A DNA stretch of 64,000 nt from Octopus vulgaris (taxonomy: Eukaryota): positions 61,318,001-61,382,000 of the forward strand of contig OX597832.1 in the NCBI GenBank assembly GCA_951406725.2, written 5' to 3'. A program made the position numbers and the translations under genes. The notes under the pieces were generated by a model. It was not told the DNA's origin. It worked only from the letters and a program-made list of their open reading frames with translations, and did not search any database. Shown piece after piece: positions 1 to 15,092 of this stretch. Each line of letters starts with the position of its first letter. Position 1 is the stretch's first letter.

Positions 1-104
1 AAGAACTATAATAATTCGAAATGTTGAATTGTATAGTCAAGCTTGAGTTTATCCTTGAGAGAGTCAAACCAAAGTATCACAACCTCGGTACCCTTATTGC
101 TTGT

Positions 105-363
105 GAAATTAATGTGCAAGTGATTGAGTACTCTAAGGACACGTGTGCCCTTAACGTAGCTGTCAGGAAGATTCAGCGTGACACAGAATGTGACAAGGCC
201 GGCCCTTTGAAATACAGGTGCTACTCATTTTTCCCAGCTGAGTGGACTGCAGCAACTCGAAATAAAATGTCTTGCTCGAGGACACAATGCGTCGCCGGGA
301 ATGGAACTCGCGACCTTACGATCGTGAGCCGAATGCCCTAACCACTAAGCCACGGACCTTCAC
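105..363 (-). mobile_element. tRNA-derived SINE, family C
   Basis: Minus strand starts GTGAAGGTCCGTGGCTTAGTGGTTAGGG (A box) ... GAGTTCCATTCCC (B box-like) then GTGTCCTCGAGCAAGACA; homologous to 37970-38298 and 43328-43625. Confidence 0.85.
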
Positions 364-364
364 A

Positions 365-379
365 CTAGTTGTAGTAGTT

Positions 380-475
<96 letters not shown>

Positions 476-606
476 GTTGAATAAGCAAGCATATAAGAAA
501 AAAAGGCTGTCTATGACCTCCAGCTGTGTGCACTGACAGGTGACACCCAGAATCTAATTTTACTGTCAACGTTGAGTGTTGCTTAGCTGCTTGCTTGAAT
601 AAAAAG

Positions 607-672
<66 letters not shown>

Positions 673-679
673 CAACAAC

Positions 680-714
<35 letters not shown>

Positions 715-874
715 TAATAGTAGTAGTAGTAGTAGTAGTGGTTGTAATAATAATAATAGTAGTAGTAGTAAATAATAATAGTAGTAGTAATAATAATAAT
801 AATAGTAGTAGTAGTAGTAGTAGTAATAATAGTTGTAGTGTAGTAGTAGTAGTGGTAGTAGTAATAATAATGAT

Positions 875-932
<58 letters not shown>
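365..932. repeat. compound (TAG)n/(TAA)n microsatellites
   Basis: Directly visible; source of the poly-I/Y/V/N ORFs. Confidence 0.95.
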
Positions 933-935
<3 letters not shown>

Positions 936-1959
936 GCAATTTAAGATTTTCACACTGGAATTACTAATTAGTCTAAGCTGTGTTTTATACATTAGTCTGT
1001 GTAAGAAACTGTATCAAAGTTCCTTGACTTAAGCTTTATACTAGTTGTTGACGAATTAAGCAGGCGGTGGGGAGGGGGGGCAGGCAGGCATGATGCATCC
1101 ATCTTTGTGCCAGAAATATACAAAATTTATTACAACATCGTGTCTAGTGTAGAAAGATATTTGATAGAATGGTCGTTAAAGTTGTTTGTGTTTCGTCTGT
1201 TAGTATCGACGAGTCAGCGAGGAAAGAAAGGTCTCTACGTGGCATGTCAAATTGCTAAAAATGGAAACGAAAATTTTTTCGAAGATATATAATACAACTG
1301 CCATCAAAATAATTTGTTTCTGCCACGGGTACAAGGTTTGGAACTCTGGCGAGAGGTGCCTTTTGATCAATTTGAAAGTATAACAGGCAAAGTTGACCAC
1401 GGCAGAATTTGTACTTAGGTCGTAAAGAGTCGAAGATATACTCCGAAGCATTTTAGCCGGTGTGCTAACGATTCTGCCAGCTCGTCGCCTTGGAATAATA
1501 AAGGGAAAGTATATTGGCTAATGTTGTTCTAGATGAATTAGTTGGGATGGTCACAGATGGAACAGGTTTTATCTGACGTTTGATCGATCAGAGCTGATCG
1601 GGGTCTGAGCAGCAGAAGCAGCAACTAATAAGCAACGGTTATGTTCAGAGAGAAAATAAAGAGAGAGAGGGAGAGAGGGAGAAAGAAAAAGAGAGAGAGA
1701 GTGAGGGGAAGGGGAGGAAAGGTATAACAGAGAGTCTTTAGCAGTCAAACATCTCTCAAACTCAAATTTTGTCCTATTTGATTGAAACCGGTTGGTCAGA
1801 TTTGATGATGTAGATCCAGGCAAACTGAGTAGAAAAGAAAAAAAGTCGTGTGAGATCAAAGTTTGAATGAATTTGTCAATTTTATCTTCGGTCAATAAAA
1901 TTTGCATAAGTTTTCCAAGCGAGAAGAGGTTTGGATGAAGGCATAGTATTGAGGCATTG

Positions 1960-2360
1960 TGTTATAGTCGGATGCTCTTCCTGTCGACAACTCTTACCTA
2001 TTCTGAGTTCAAATTCTGCCGAGATCGACTTTGCCTCCCAGTCATTTCGGGATCGATGAAATAAGTACTCACGGAGCACTGGAGTGGATGTAATCGACTA
2101 GCCCCAACCCCGCGCCCCACGGCAAAAGAAAAAAATGATTCGGGCTTTGGGCGTTTAATAGAAAGAATTATTTATTAATTTATCTTAGGCGACGAGCTGT
2201 CAGAATCGTTTGCTCGCGGACAAAATGCTGCCAAGGTCAACTTTACCATTCATCATGTCATCCTTCGGGTGTTGATAAAAATAAAGTGTCCGCTGAACAT
2301 TGGGTCGGATGAAATCGTCTTCCCCACCCCTCAGCAATTTGTTGGCCATGTGCCAAAATA
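1960..2360 (+). mobile_element. two degraded family A SINE copies
   Basis: TTCTGAGTTCAAATTCTGCCGAGATCGACTTTGCC and GGCGACGAGCTGTCAGAATCGTT match the better copy at 2691. Confidence 0.7.
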
Positions 2361-2690
2361 AGAAATGATTCTTATATAGATATCTGCTTCGAATTTCACC
2401 ATTAAAAATATATTTTACTTCATACTGCACGAAGTTTCTGAATTCTTATAATGTGTATAATTAAAGTATTTGTTTTCAGGTTTAGTAAGCCGTGGTGGCG
2501 TTTAGGCTTACACCAAAGGCCTTCCTAGTTTTACGTTCATTAGGGCCTAACCGCATTTAAATCTGGACTCACATATTGATGAGTTACAGAATTCTGAACG
2601 TGAGTCACTAGCTCAGCCATCATATATGTGCGAGTCCATCATGAAACTGTTCCATTTTATTAAGGTCGCTTCACTAATATATCTTAAAGT

Positions 2691-2908
2691 AAGGCAGCGA
2701 GCTGGCAGAAACGTTAGCACCCCGGGCGAAATGCTTAGCAGTTTTTCATCTGTCTTTACGTTCTGAATTCAAATTCCACCGAGGTCGACTTTGCCTGTCA
2801 TCTTTTTGGTGTCGATAAATTAAGTACCAGTTGTGTAATGGGTCCGATCTAATCGATTGACCCTCTCCCCCAAAATTTCAGCCTTTGTGCCTAGAGTAGA
2901 AAAGAATA
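2691..2908 (+). mobile_element. SINE family A, near full length
   Basis: GGCAGCGAGCTGGCAGAAACGTTAGCAC...GAGGTCGACTTTGCCTGTCATC...GTCGATAAATTAAGTACCAG...TGTGCCTAGAGTAGAAAAGAAT; many copies across the window. Confidence 0.85.
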
Positions 2909-3169
2909 TATCTTGAAGTGGCATCGAGCAAAATACCTTGCGCTATTTAGTCGAGTCACAATTCGTTCCGAGTTCCATTCATGTCAAGGCTGACTTTGGT
3001 CTTTCATGCTTCCAAGGCCAATAAAATAATGTACCATGTTCAATATCATTAATTATTGCTTCCTCCTACGTTCCCAAAACAGTTTGTGGTTTTGTACCAT
3101 TGTTAGAAATGAATTTGTTTAGAAGAGGCAGCGTTGGGCATTATTTTATTTATCTGAAATGCATGAGAG

Positions 3170-3780
3170 GACCTTTGGGAGTAGAAGAAAGAAACAGGCA
3201 ATATGAAAGGGGAAAGAGATTTCGAGGAGAATTATAGGTCTCGGAGGGTGGCATCCGTGAAGGAGGAGGGGAAGAGGAGGGGAGGAAGAGAATGAAGTGG
3301 AGGAAAGAGATAGAAGGAGGAGGAACAGGGGAAGATGGAGGAGGAGAAAAGGGGAAGGAGGAGGTGGAATGTGAGTAAAAAGGAAGAGAAGGAGGAGAAT
3401 GAAGGGGAGTAAAGCGATGGAAGGAACAGGAACAGGGGAAGAAGGAGGAGAAGAAAAGGGGAAGAAGAAATAAGAGGAAGGAGGAGGAATGTAAGTAGAA
3501 AATGAAGAAGAAGAAGAGGAGAGAGAAAGGGGGAAAGGAGAATGATAAAGCGGTGAGAAGGAGAAAGAGGAAGAGAAAGATGTCAAGGAGAATGAAAAGG
3601 AAAATAATGAAATAGAAGAGTAAACGAGAGAGAGAGAGAGAGAAAATAATGAGAGAAAGAAAAGAAAAAGACAGGGAAGTCAATGAAAGAAAAAGGGCAG
3701 AGAAAGAGGGGACAACATGAGAGAAAAAGGGAGAGAGAGATGGAGAGAGAGAGAGAGAGGGAGAGGAAGAGAGAGAGGAG
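3170..3780. repeat. purine-rich (GA/GGA/GAA) low-complexity tract
   Basis: Directly visible. Confidence 0.9.
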
Positions 3781-4011
3781 ACAATAGTATTTAGGAGAAA
3801 TATTTTAATGAGAGCGATAGGATGATGACGATCGTGTTTTCATTAATGAGATGTGTGATTAGGGATTCCAATTAAGTCTGAGATGAATGAAGATTGTAGT
3901 GAGGAACCGAAATAAGCGTGGGTGGAAATGAAACGAAATTAAAATGGTTAAAAGTATAGAAAGCGGCTTTGCCTTTCTACACTATTTGAGGCCGTGGTTT
4001 GTGCTTTAGTT

Positions 4012-4047
<36 letters not shown>

Positions 4048-4489
4048 TTTTCTGCCTTCTGTCTTTCTCTTTCTCTCTCTTACTCTCACATATTCTCTTT
4101 GTCCTCTCAACCCAAATACCATTTCTCCCCCTCTCTCTCTTAAGTACACGCACATACATAAATGTGTGTGTGTACATATATATATATATATATATTTATA
4201 TATACACATATATATATAATAATATTGGGGAATATTATTCCAAACTTACAGGGAAAAATTCAATTTAGCAATTCTAAATCAAATTTCACAATATATAATA
4301 TATGTATGTAAATTAGAGAAGAACCACCAAGTAGCAATTCAACAATGAAATAAAAATGATATAATTAAATGATATAATATATAAAAATTAAATATACATT
4401 AAAACAGATACTAATAATTAAGTAAAGTACAAAATAATATATAAATATATACTATTTATTTATTTCGTACTTTACTTAATTATTGGTAT

Positions 4490-4564
<75 letters not shown>

Positions 4565-4600
4565 GTATGTATGTATGTATATATGTATGTATGTATATCT

Positions 4601-4760
4601 GACCGGTGTTCACAGAGCACCTCCGAGACATCTAACTTGGGAATGGCACTCCGGTCTCGTGCCACTTTTGCTCTACCGATCATTCGCTACAACTTCTCTC
4701 TGTGTTCGGACTGTCTCATCACAGGAGTTACCCGGACTCCCGCCTTCTCTTCGCTCCTTT
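4601..4760 (+). mobile_element. Penelope-like GIY-YIG endonuclease C-terminal relic
   Basis: Hand translation TEHLRDI*LGNGTPVSCHFCSTDHSLQLLSVFGL resembles the EH.R.I...PVS.HF...HS...L.V segment of PLE GIY-YIG domains; contains a stop. Confidence 0.7.
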
Positions 4761-5197
4761 GCGTCAACTCACTTCCTCTCTTCATCTGACACCAACCCCA
4801 TACGGATTCCCACATGCAACACGCTTAAACACTCAAGACACGCATAGACAAAGATGACTTTCGCCCACAAATATACACTATACATATAAACGCTATTTCG
4901 TTACAGGCACTCTCACACACACACATATACACTTGTACATCCACCACTTAAACAAGCACATATCAACAGCTACACACACACACTCGCTCGCACGTACGTA
5001 CTCATTCGCCCCATTCACACATACACACTCACACACATACCATTCTCACATACATACGCTTGCGCAAGTTAGTTCGCTGGGGCCACTGTTACCGTTATTA
5101 TTTTTATCTCCCTTTCATTCAAACTATTTTTTCCAGTCATTTTGCCATGTTAGACCGTTGCACTCTGCACAGTTTTTCTCTCGCTCTTTTTTTTTTT

Positions 5198-5909
5198 CTG
5201 AAATTGGGACCGATACGATAATAACGGAATTTTTTAGAAATTTCTGTCGCTTGCTTTGAGACGCGTGCGTATAGTGATAATTTATATGGTTATTGACGAT
5301 TTGTCTATTTTCGGCATATTTGGCATTAGAATTTTTTCCTTTGCGCTTGTTTATAAGTTGTTTATAAATTTAACCTTTAAAGGGATGTTTTAATATGCTG
5401 GCCATTGATAGAATTTTTTTTTCGAAAAATTTTATCCAATATTAGATGTAAATTTAATAGTGTTCACTTCTGGACTCCCTCTATGAGAGTTTTCAGTCCG
5501 ATCGCACATGTCTCGAGGTGTGATGGAGAATTTCTATTTTGGATATATTTGGGGTACTTAGGTGTGCTCATGACTTAGTGTTTGCTTCTTCCATGGGTAT
5601 AAGTAAGTATTTCATTTATTTCTTACCGTATTTATCGCTGACGACGAGAAAATTCTTATGAATTAATTCTGAAATTGGGACCGATACGATAATAAACGGA
5701 AATTTTAGAAATTTCTGTCGGCTTGCTTTGAGACGCGTGCTTATAGTGATACATTATATGGTTATTGACCATTTTTCTATTTTTGGCATATTTGGCATTA
5801 GAAATTTTTTTTCTTTTGCCCTTGTTTATAAGTTGTTTATAAATTCAAACTTTAAAGGTATTTTTTAATATGCTGGCCATTGATAGAAGTTTTTTTCGAA
5901 AGATTTTAT

Positions 5910-5912
<3 letters not shown>
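5198..5912 (+). repeat. partial tandem duplication (~240 bp repeated at a 471-bp period), probable Penelope pLTR
   Basis: TCTGAAATTGGGACCGATACGATAAT...TTTTATCC at ~5198-5438 and ~5668-5912; lies downstream of the GIY-YIG relic. Confidence 0.75.
5626..5699 (+). ncRNA. type I hammerhead ribozyme (extended)
   Basis: Helix I TTATCG/CGATAA plus distal CCGT/ACGG; core CTGACGA 5638-5644; helix II AGAA-AATTC/GAATT-TTCT; GAAA 5671-5674; helix III ATTG(G)/(C)CGAT; triplet AUA, predicted cut after 5686. Confidence 0.7.
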
Positions 5913-5996
<84 letters not shown>

Positions 5997-6060
5997 ATAA
6001 ATATATATATTATATATATATATTGTATATATATATATATTATATATATGTATATATATA

Positions 6061-6139
<79 letters not shown>

Positions 6140-7064
6140 GTATTTATGTATGTATGTGTGTGGGGAGAGCATGCGTACACGAATTCCATATAATATTCAT
6201 TTACGTGAAAACAGTTTTGCCCGCACCATATTTTGATATTACAGTTTCTTTTACATTTCATGTATATCAATATTTCTCTGAATTATTCTTCAGATTTTAT
6301 CTATGTATTTTATTTATACTTCGGCAATTTTAATAAACTAAATAGACAATTCAATTCACCATTTCCTCAGAACATAATAAAAATAAAAATAGTTGGAGTA
6401 GTAGTAATAATGATAATAATAATAACAGCGATAATAATAATTTTAATAAATTATAGTGTATATCAAGGAAAAAATTATTTTTTAAAAATGTCTTCTGTCT
6501 TTTCTTATTGGTACATCAGTTCAGTTTATTAAATTACTAGTTTAAAAATAACTTTGCAGATTTTTTAAATACTGAAGTTAAAAATCTAATGAGTAAATAA
6601 ATTATAAAAAAAAAGGAGAGAGAGAGAGGAAAAAATTGTAAAGATATTTAAAATAAAAACGTATAAAAGAACCAAAATGTGTTTCGCTTCGTATGAAATA
6701 AACGCGGAAAAAAATGGGACATAACATCGTGTGAATTATTGGTAATCCTTTGAATGGAAGAGAATGGAATAAAATAGAGAAGAACACAATAGAGTTCTTT
6801 TATTTTCATCAAGTGTAGCGTAGCAGACACTTTGAAATTTGGTTTAATATAGCTTAGAAGTTAAATACAGAAAGACATAGACAATTCACATAAGTGATAA
6901 TAGTAAGGTACAGAGGATGTACTGTTTTAAAAAGTTATAGATTTTAAATATACATACATACACAGACACACACAACACACACACATACACATACACAAGC
7001 ACACATATATATATATAAGTATGTATGTATATATGCATATGTGTATATATACATACATTTATAA

Positions 7065-7105
<41 letters not shown>

Positions 7106-7324
7106 CATACATACATATATATATACATACATACATACGTATACATTTATATATGTACATACGACTATGAACGACTTTCTGATCGTTTATTCCTTTATGA
7201 TCTATGTAAGTTTGTGTGTGCGTGTATGTATGTGTGTATGTGTGTGTGTGTAACCCAGTTAGTTCTTGACTTTAAAATCTCAATAGTCGGTACAATTATA
7301 GATAACCTGATATTGTAAGGGAGA

Positions 7325-7388
<64 letters not shown>

Positions 7389-8719
7389 ATTGTTGTTGTT
7401 GTTGTTGTTATTGTTATTATCAGTATTATTATTATCATTGTTGTTCTATAAATTGTTGCATTCAGTTAGATAAAACTGATAAAAATTAAGCATTTTGCTT
7501 ATCCCAAATCTGAGGCTGAACATTATGAACGGGCTAAATATAATTCTACAATTCTACAATTCTATAATTCTATAATTCTATACTCAAACTGAAATTCATT
7601 AAATGGAACTGAAAACTAAATTGCAGTCATAATCGATTCAAATACCAAATGAAAATACAAGTTTATTAAACTTCGATTTGGGTTTCAATTGCACATTTTC
7701 ATTTGACAGTCATATGCAACTCGGTGAAGCTGTGTGGTCCAGTGTAGCATTCACGATTGCAAAGATCGTGGTTTCGAATTTCCTGGGGGCGGTGCGTTAT
7801 ATATTTGAGCAAAACACTTCATTTTATGATGCTCATATCTGCTCACCTGTAAACGGGTAAACCTTGTGACGGACCAGTGCCCTGTTCAGGACGAATATTG
7901 GCCTGCCAGCTTAGCAAGCTTGGGGGAACCATTCAAAAGCTACAACAAAGCATCGTTTGAAAGCAACAGCCATATACCACTCGGTGAAGGTTTTTGGTTC
8001 ATTGCTTAGGTTGTTGAACTCACGATCGTAAAATTGGGATACTGAACGAGCAGAACGTTTCATTTTTGTTGCTCCAGTGCACTAAGTGTAAAATAGGGAA
8101 TTCTGCGACGGATTGGTTTCCCGATTCTGTTTCTGTCACCTCAGGTAATTCCACAACATCGAAACTGGGCAATCGGCCCTATGAGTCCACGGACTCCAGG
8201 CAGGACTCACGTTTAATATGCAACTCGACTAATTTTATCAAAAAAAAATTGCCGTTTTATCAGTTCTAAATTTCGTTCACAAGGTTCTGAATCAAGTATT
8301 TCCCTTATAAAATATTTCATGCTGCTGTGTACTCAGAATAAAATGGCATATATACATACATGCATATATACATACATACATACATACATACTTGTGTGTA
8401 TGTATGCATGCATACATACACATATTCGTACATACAAACACACATACACACACACAAACACACACACACACGCATATATATAACAGTACTAACTGATAGT
8501 AGAAGATGGATTTCGTATTAGAATTTATATATATATAATATATATATGTTATAATTTAGAACAAACAGTAAGTTGTCATTATAGTACTCGGAGTTTCTAA
8601 ATTATAGCCTATATAAATAATCCTCTATTTATCTAATATTGAGGTCTCATTCCTTTGTTCTCACTTTTTATTATATATATATAAATATATATTCTATTTT
8701 CTATTTTCTCTTTCTATTT

Positions 8720-8870
8720 TCTGTCTCTGCTTATTTCTGTGCTCCTTTCTGTCGAAGAGCTTAGGCTCGAAACGTAAAAGACTTTCTCACTTCCCGAGCG
8801 TTAAATCTAATACACCTGTTTGTTGTTTACACACCCGTCTTCGTGTTTTGTTTTCTTTTGTAAGTTCTCA
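8720..8870 (+). mobile_element. short repeat carrying a minimal hammerhead, probably Penelope pLTR-derived
   Basis: Homologous to 27215-27375 on the minus strand; contains the hammerhead fold at 8745-8780. Confidence 0.6.
8745..8780 (+). ncRNA. minimal type I hammerhead-like motif, A6U core variant
   Basis: CTTT-CTGTCGA-A-GAGC-TTAG-GCTC-GAAA-CGTA-AAAG: helix I CTTT/AAAG, helix II GAGC/GCTC, palindromic helix III ACGT, GUA triplet. Confidence 0.55.
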
Positions 8871-8899
8871 GTATATACATATATACATACATACATACA

Positions 8900-8971
<72 letters not shown>

Positions 8972-9083
8972 CGGAGAGAGAGAGAGAGAGAGAGATAGGT
9001 AGATATATAGATAGATAGGTAGGTAGATATATACATTAATACATACATACATACATACATACATACATACATACATACATACA

Positions 9084-9116
<33 letters not shown>

Positions 9117-9162
9117 GTATATATATATATATACATATATGCATGTAAGTATATGCCTGTAC

Positions 9163-9196
<34 letters not shown>

Positions 9197-10148
9197 ATGT
9201 ATATATGCATATATATACGTATGCATACGTATAAGTATGTCTGCACGTATATGCGTGTGTGTGAGTATGTGTATGCATGCGTGCATGCGTATGTGTGCGT
9301 GCGTGCATCCGTGCGTGTTTATATGTGAGTGTACATGTGTGTATGTGTCTGTAGGAGGCGGCCTTTCCACACAGTTTCTCTCTTAAAATTCCACTCGACA
9401 ATTAATTGGTTAACAAGCTGCTATATAGTAGAAGATATCTAGGCCATGTGTCCGCGCTGTGAGACCGAACCCGGAACAAGATGATATCCAAACACCAAAA
9501 GTCTTCACCACAGAACCATCACAGCGAAAAGGGATTACATATCTCCACACTTCCTTTTAGCTTTACTCGTTTGAAACTGACAAGAGTTGACAGGACAGCA
9601 AAACTTAATCTCATCTCATCTCATCTTGAATCTCGTACACAATCTCGCTGTCTTTTCTTCCCGTTTGTCACACGGCAATACCGAGATTTCAACCATAAGC
9701 TCATTCTTTCATTTCTGAAAATAGTCTTTAATCTGAAATTCGTTGACGTTTTTATCTTGGTTTCTTTCAGAACTTCACTGCCATTTAACACATGTACTTT
9801 TGCAACATGTTGACGCCATATTCTTTCAAAGGGATTTTCGGAAGCACTCTATTATAATACAAACTCTTCCCTATCTCCCATCAAAGATCTTTGTTTTCAT
9901 TTCTTTCAATTTTTTCTTTCCTCCCTTCGTTTCTTTTCGTTCCTTTCTTTTGAACAATTTCTTGCCTTGGAGTTCGTTTAACTTACTTTCCTCTTTTCAT
10001 TATCTCTCGTTCAATCTCTCATTCACTCTTCCTTACTTGCTTACTTCTGTATCTGTTGCTCTCCCCCCTCTCTCTCTCTCTCTGCTTGTCTGTCTATCTA
10101 TCATATTGAGAACTTTCGTTTGTTATGCATGACACAGTTGTGTCTTTG

Positions 10149-10214
<66 letters not shown>

Positions 10215-10218
10215 ATAT

Positions 10219-11724
<1,506 letters not shown>

Positions 11725-12039
11725 ATAATAATATTTGATATTCTATAATATATTTATTGAAGAATACAATATATTAAACCCAGGGTATCTTGGATAAAAA
11801 TATCCCTATGTATGCATTTATGTATGTATGTATGTATGTATGTATGTATGTATGTATGTATGTATGTATGTATGTATGTATGTATGTATGTATGTATGTA
11901 TGTATGTATGTATGTACGTACGTATGTATGTATGTACGTATGTATGTATATATATGTATATATATTTATATATATGTATATATACACACGTACATATATG
12001 TGTGTGCGTGGGTGTATATGTATGTATATGTGTATGTCA

Positions 12040-12320
12040 AGGCACATAGCTTTCTGGTTAAGCTATTGCACTAACGGTCGCGAGATCGTGGGTTCGATTC
12101 CTGGGACAGGTGGTGCATTGAGTTCTTGAGCAAAACACCTTATCTCAAGTTGTCTGCGACCACTTGAACACATAGCGTGTTACACCTGTGTTTTGCACCT
12201 GTGCAGACAATATCGGTTTGATGGAGGGTTTGTGCTAATGTGCAGCATATGCCTTTGATCACTATAAACGAATCGTTTGTGCAGGTTGTTTTGTAAGAAA
12301 TCGCAGAATCGTATTTCTCG
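12040..12320 (+). mobile_element. degraded family C-like SINE
   Basis: GATCGTGGGTTCGATTCCTGG (B box) ... TTCTTGAGCAAAACAC; homologous to 23500-23770. Confidence 0.65.
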
Positions 12321-12939
12321 GACCCGACAGACTACCATGATGATTATTATTATGATGATGATGATGACGACGACGACGACGATGGTAATGATGTTGATGT
12401 GATGATGATGATGATGATGATGATGTGTGTGTGTATTTACGTCTTATTCCACTCATGCAGAAAACACTAAACGTGAAATGCACAACGTTGTCGTTATCTG
12501 TTCAGCCCCAGGTTAACCATTATCAAATAATCTTGTGATCATATGACCAGAGTTATTGTACACGTGACCACCCCATGTTGTTCTGTGTACCTACGACTAC
12601 ATCATCCTTTGTGCGTTCTCTTTCGTTACTAACACTGCAAGCTATGATTCTGTGGAACATTTAGCTATTATTTCTAGCAACCGGACCGACCATCTAGATG
12701 TCGTCTCTCATTTTTTTTTCCTGCTGTGGGAGAACCTGAATTAAAAACCAAATTCCATTTCGTGGTCATTTATTAACCTGGGGCCTTGCACTTATTTAAT
12801 GGAGTTATCGGGGTGAAATACGAAATGAAATTGCGAACGGAGCGAAGGAATAACGCACAATCAATGGTTTATCCGTCAACTTTGACTGTGTCCCCATTAT
12901 AAACATATTCAACATTCATATATACATACATATATATAC

Positions 12940-12970
<31 letters not shown>

Positions 12971-12975
12971 CATAC

Positions 12976-13032
<57 letters not shown>

Positions 13033-13333
13033 TATAAATATACATACACACACAGCGGGTTTCTCTATAGTTTTCGTCTATCCAATTTCACTCACGAGGT
13101 ATTGGTGCATTCACATTAAATATTTATGTGTGTGTTTCCCTGTAGAGTTATTCTCCTCCTCACTCCTCCCCCTGTCTCTCTCTCTCTCCCTCTCTCTCTC
13201 TTTCTCTCGTTCTATCGCGCTCTCTTTCCCCCTCTGTATCTATTTGTGTCACCATCACACATATGCGTGTTAAACATACATATATGATACACACATATAC
13301 ATACACACACACGCACATATATCTATGTATCTG

Positions 13334-13381
<48 letters not shown>

Positions 13382-13461
13382 CATATATACACACATATAT
13401 AAATACCTATATACACACATATATACTTATATACGTAGACATACATACATACGTACATACA

Positions 13462-13523
<62 letters not shown>

Positions 13524-14767
13524 TAAACATGCATACATGTGTGTGTGTATGTGTGTGTGTGTGTATTTAAAGCACTCCAATTCGATATAGATCAAAACAC
13601 TACAATGGCGGTTTAAAGTAATACATTCACTTCGATCATAAACCTTTAAACTTATACTTAACTCGCTATTTTTCGTTCGTTTGTTTTTGTGTTTGTTTGT
13701 TTTTTTTCTTTGATATGTTGATCAATAAGTCATGCGGTTTCAGTCTCATACTGAATGACCCGAAATTATGTGGCGTGTGCAAAACCTATAAACGACAGAA
13801 GGACATCGTTTTTGGCAAATTTGTTTTTCACCACCACCGGTATTAGCAGCCCAACTGAATTTCTAATACGAATCGGCTTTAAATCACAAACAGAATCACC
13901 AACAACATGAAATTGTTCTGTTGTAGATGTGGCCATATTCGTATTCCATGTGACTCCATGATATTTTATTTCACTTTATTAATCTCTTAAGTAATTAACG
14001 ATTTATAGCTAAGAATATATTATTAATGGCAGCCTAGTCACTTCCTGTCATCACTTGACTGTTTTACTCATTGTGGAGTCCGTTTTGTTTTATTTTATTT
14101 ATTCCTTAACCGTACGTAGCGGTTCGGCAAAACAGACTGTGGGAATAAGTACCAAAATTTAAAAATAAAATGTACTGGAGTCGATTAACTCGCTTGTTTC
14201 CGTAACGGCGGTGTTCCAGAGGAAATTTCATAGTCATTTGGAAAATGGTAAGATGGAATTGTTCTTTCAATTTATTTTTTCCCCAGTCATTTGCACTGCC
14301 ACCATACTGGGACACCATCTTGAAGAGTTTGGTCAAACCAACACTTATTTCTTTTTTTAAATGTACTTCTATCGGTCTTTTTTGCCGAACTGTTACGTTA
14401 CAGGGACGTAAACAGGCCAAACCCGGTTGTCAAGTGGTGGTGGAGGGAATAAGCACGAACCAAATGGCACAAGCACGCACTCACTCACTCACTCACTCAC
14501 TAACTCACACAACTCATTCACTCACACAACTCACTCAAACACACACACACATATCTATAACTATTTGATATCCGTAGGATTACGGCCGTTTCGCAGCATT
14601 CATCGTGTAATAATAACATCAGTGTATAATAAATTATTTTGCATATCTGCACTAATATGTATACTACACGTTATACAAGTAAAAGTGTACAATTAAAAAT
14701 CAGTTCAGATACGGAAGACAAGGTCTTCAGATCGCCAGAGCATCGTGGGTACACTAATGCTTCAATT

Positions 14768-14803
<36 letters not shown>

Positions 14804-14879
14804 CTTTTGCAATATAAAGAAGACTTATAATTGATAGAATTAAATTGGTATTGTCATTAAAGAATAAATGTAAATATTA

Positions 14880-15092
14880 TTTTCTACTCTAGGCACAAGG
14901 TCCGAAATTTTGGTGGAGAAGCCCAGTCGATTAGATCGACCCTAGTGCGCGACTGGTACTTAGTTGATCCATCCCGAAAGGATGAAAAGAAACGTCGACC
15001 ATGGCGGAGTTTGAACTCAGAACGTAAAGACAGACGAAATACTGCTAAGCATTTCGCCCGGCGTGCTAACACGTCTGCCAGCTCGCCGCCTT
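14880..15092 (-). mobile_element. SINE family A
   Basis: Reverse complement begins AAGGCGGCGAGCTGGCAGACGTGTTAGCACGCCGGGCGAAATGC. Confidence 0.85.
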
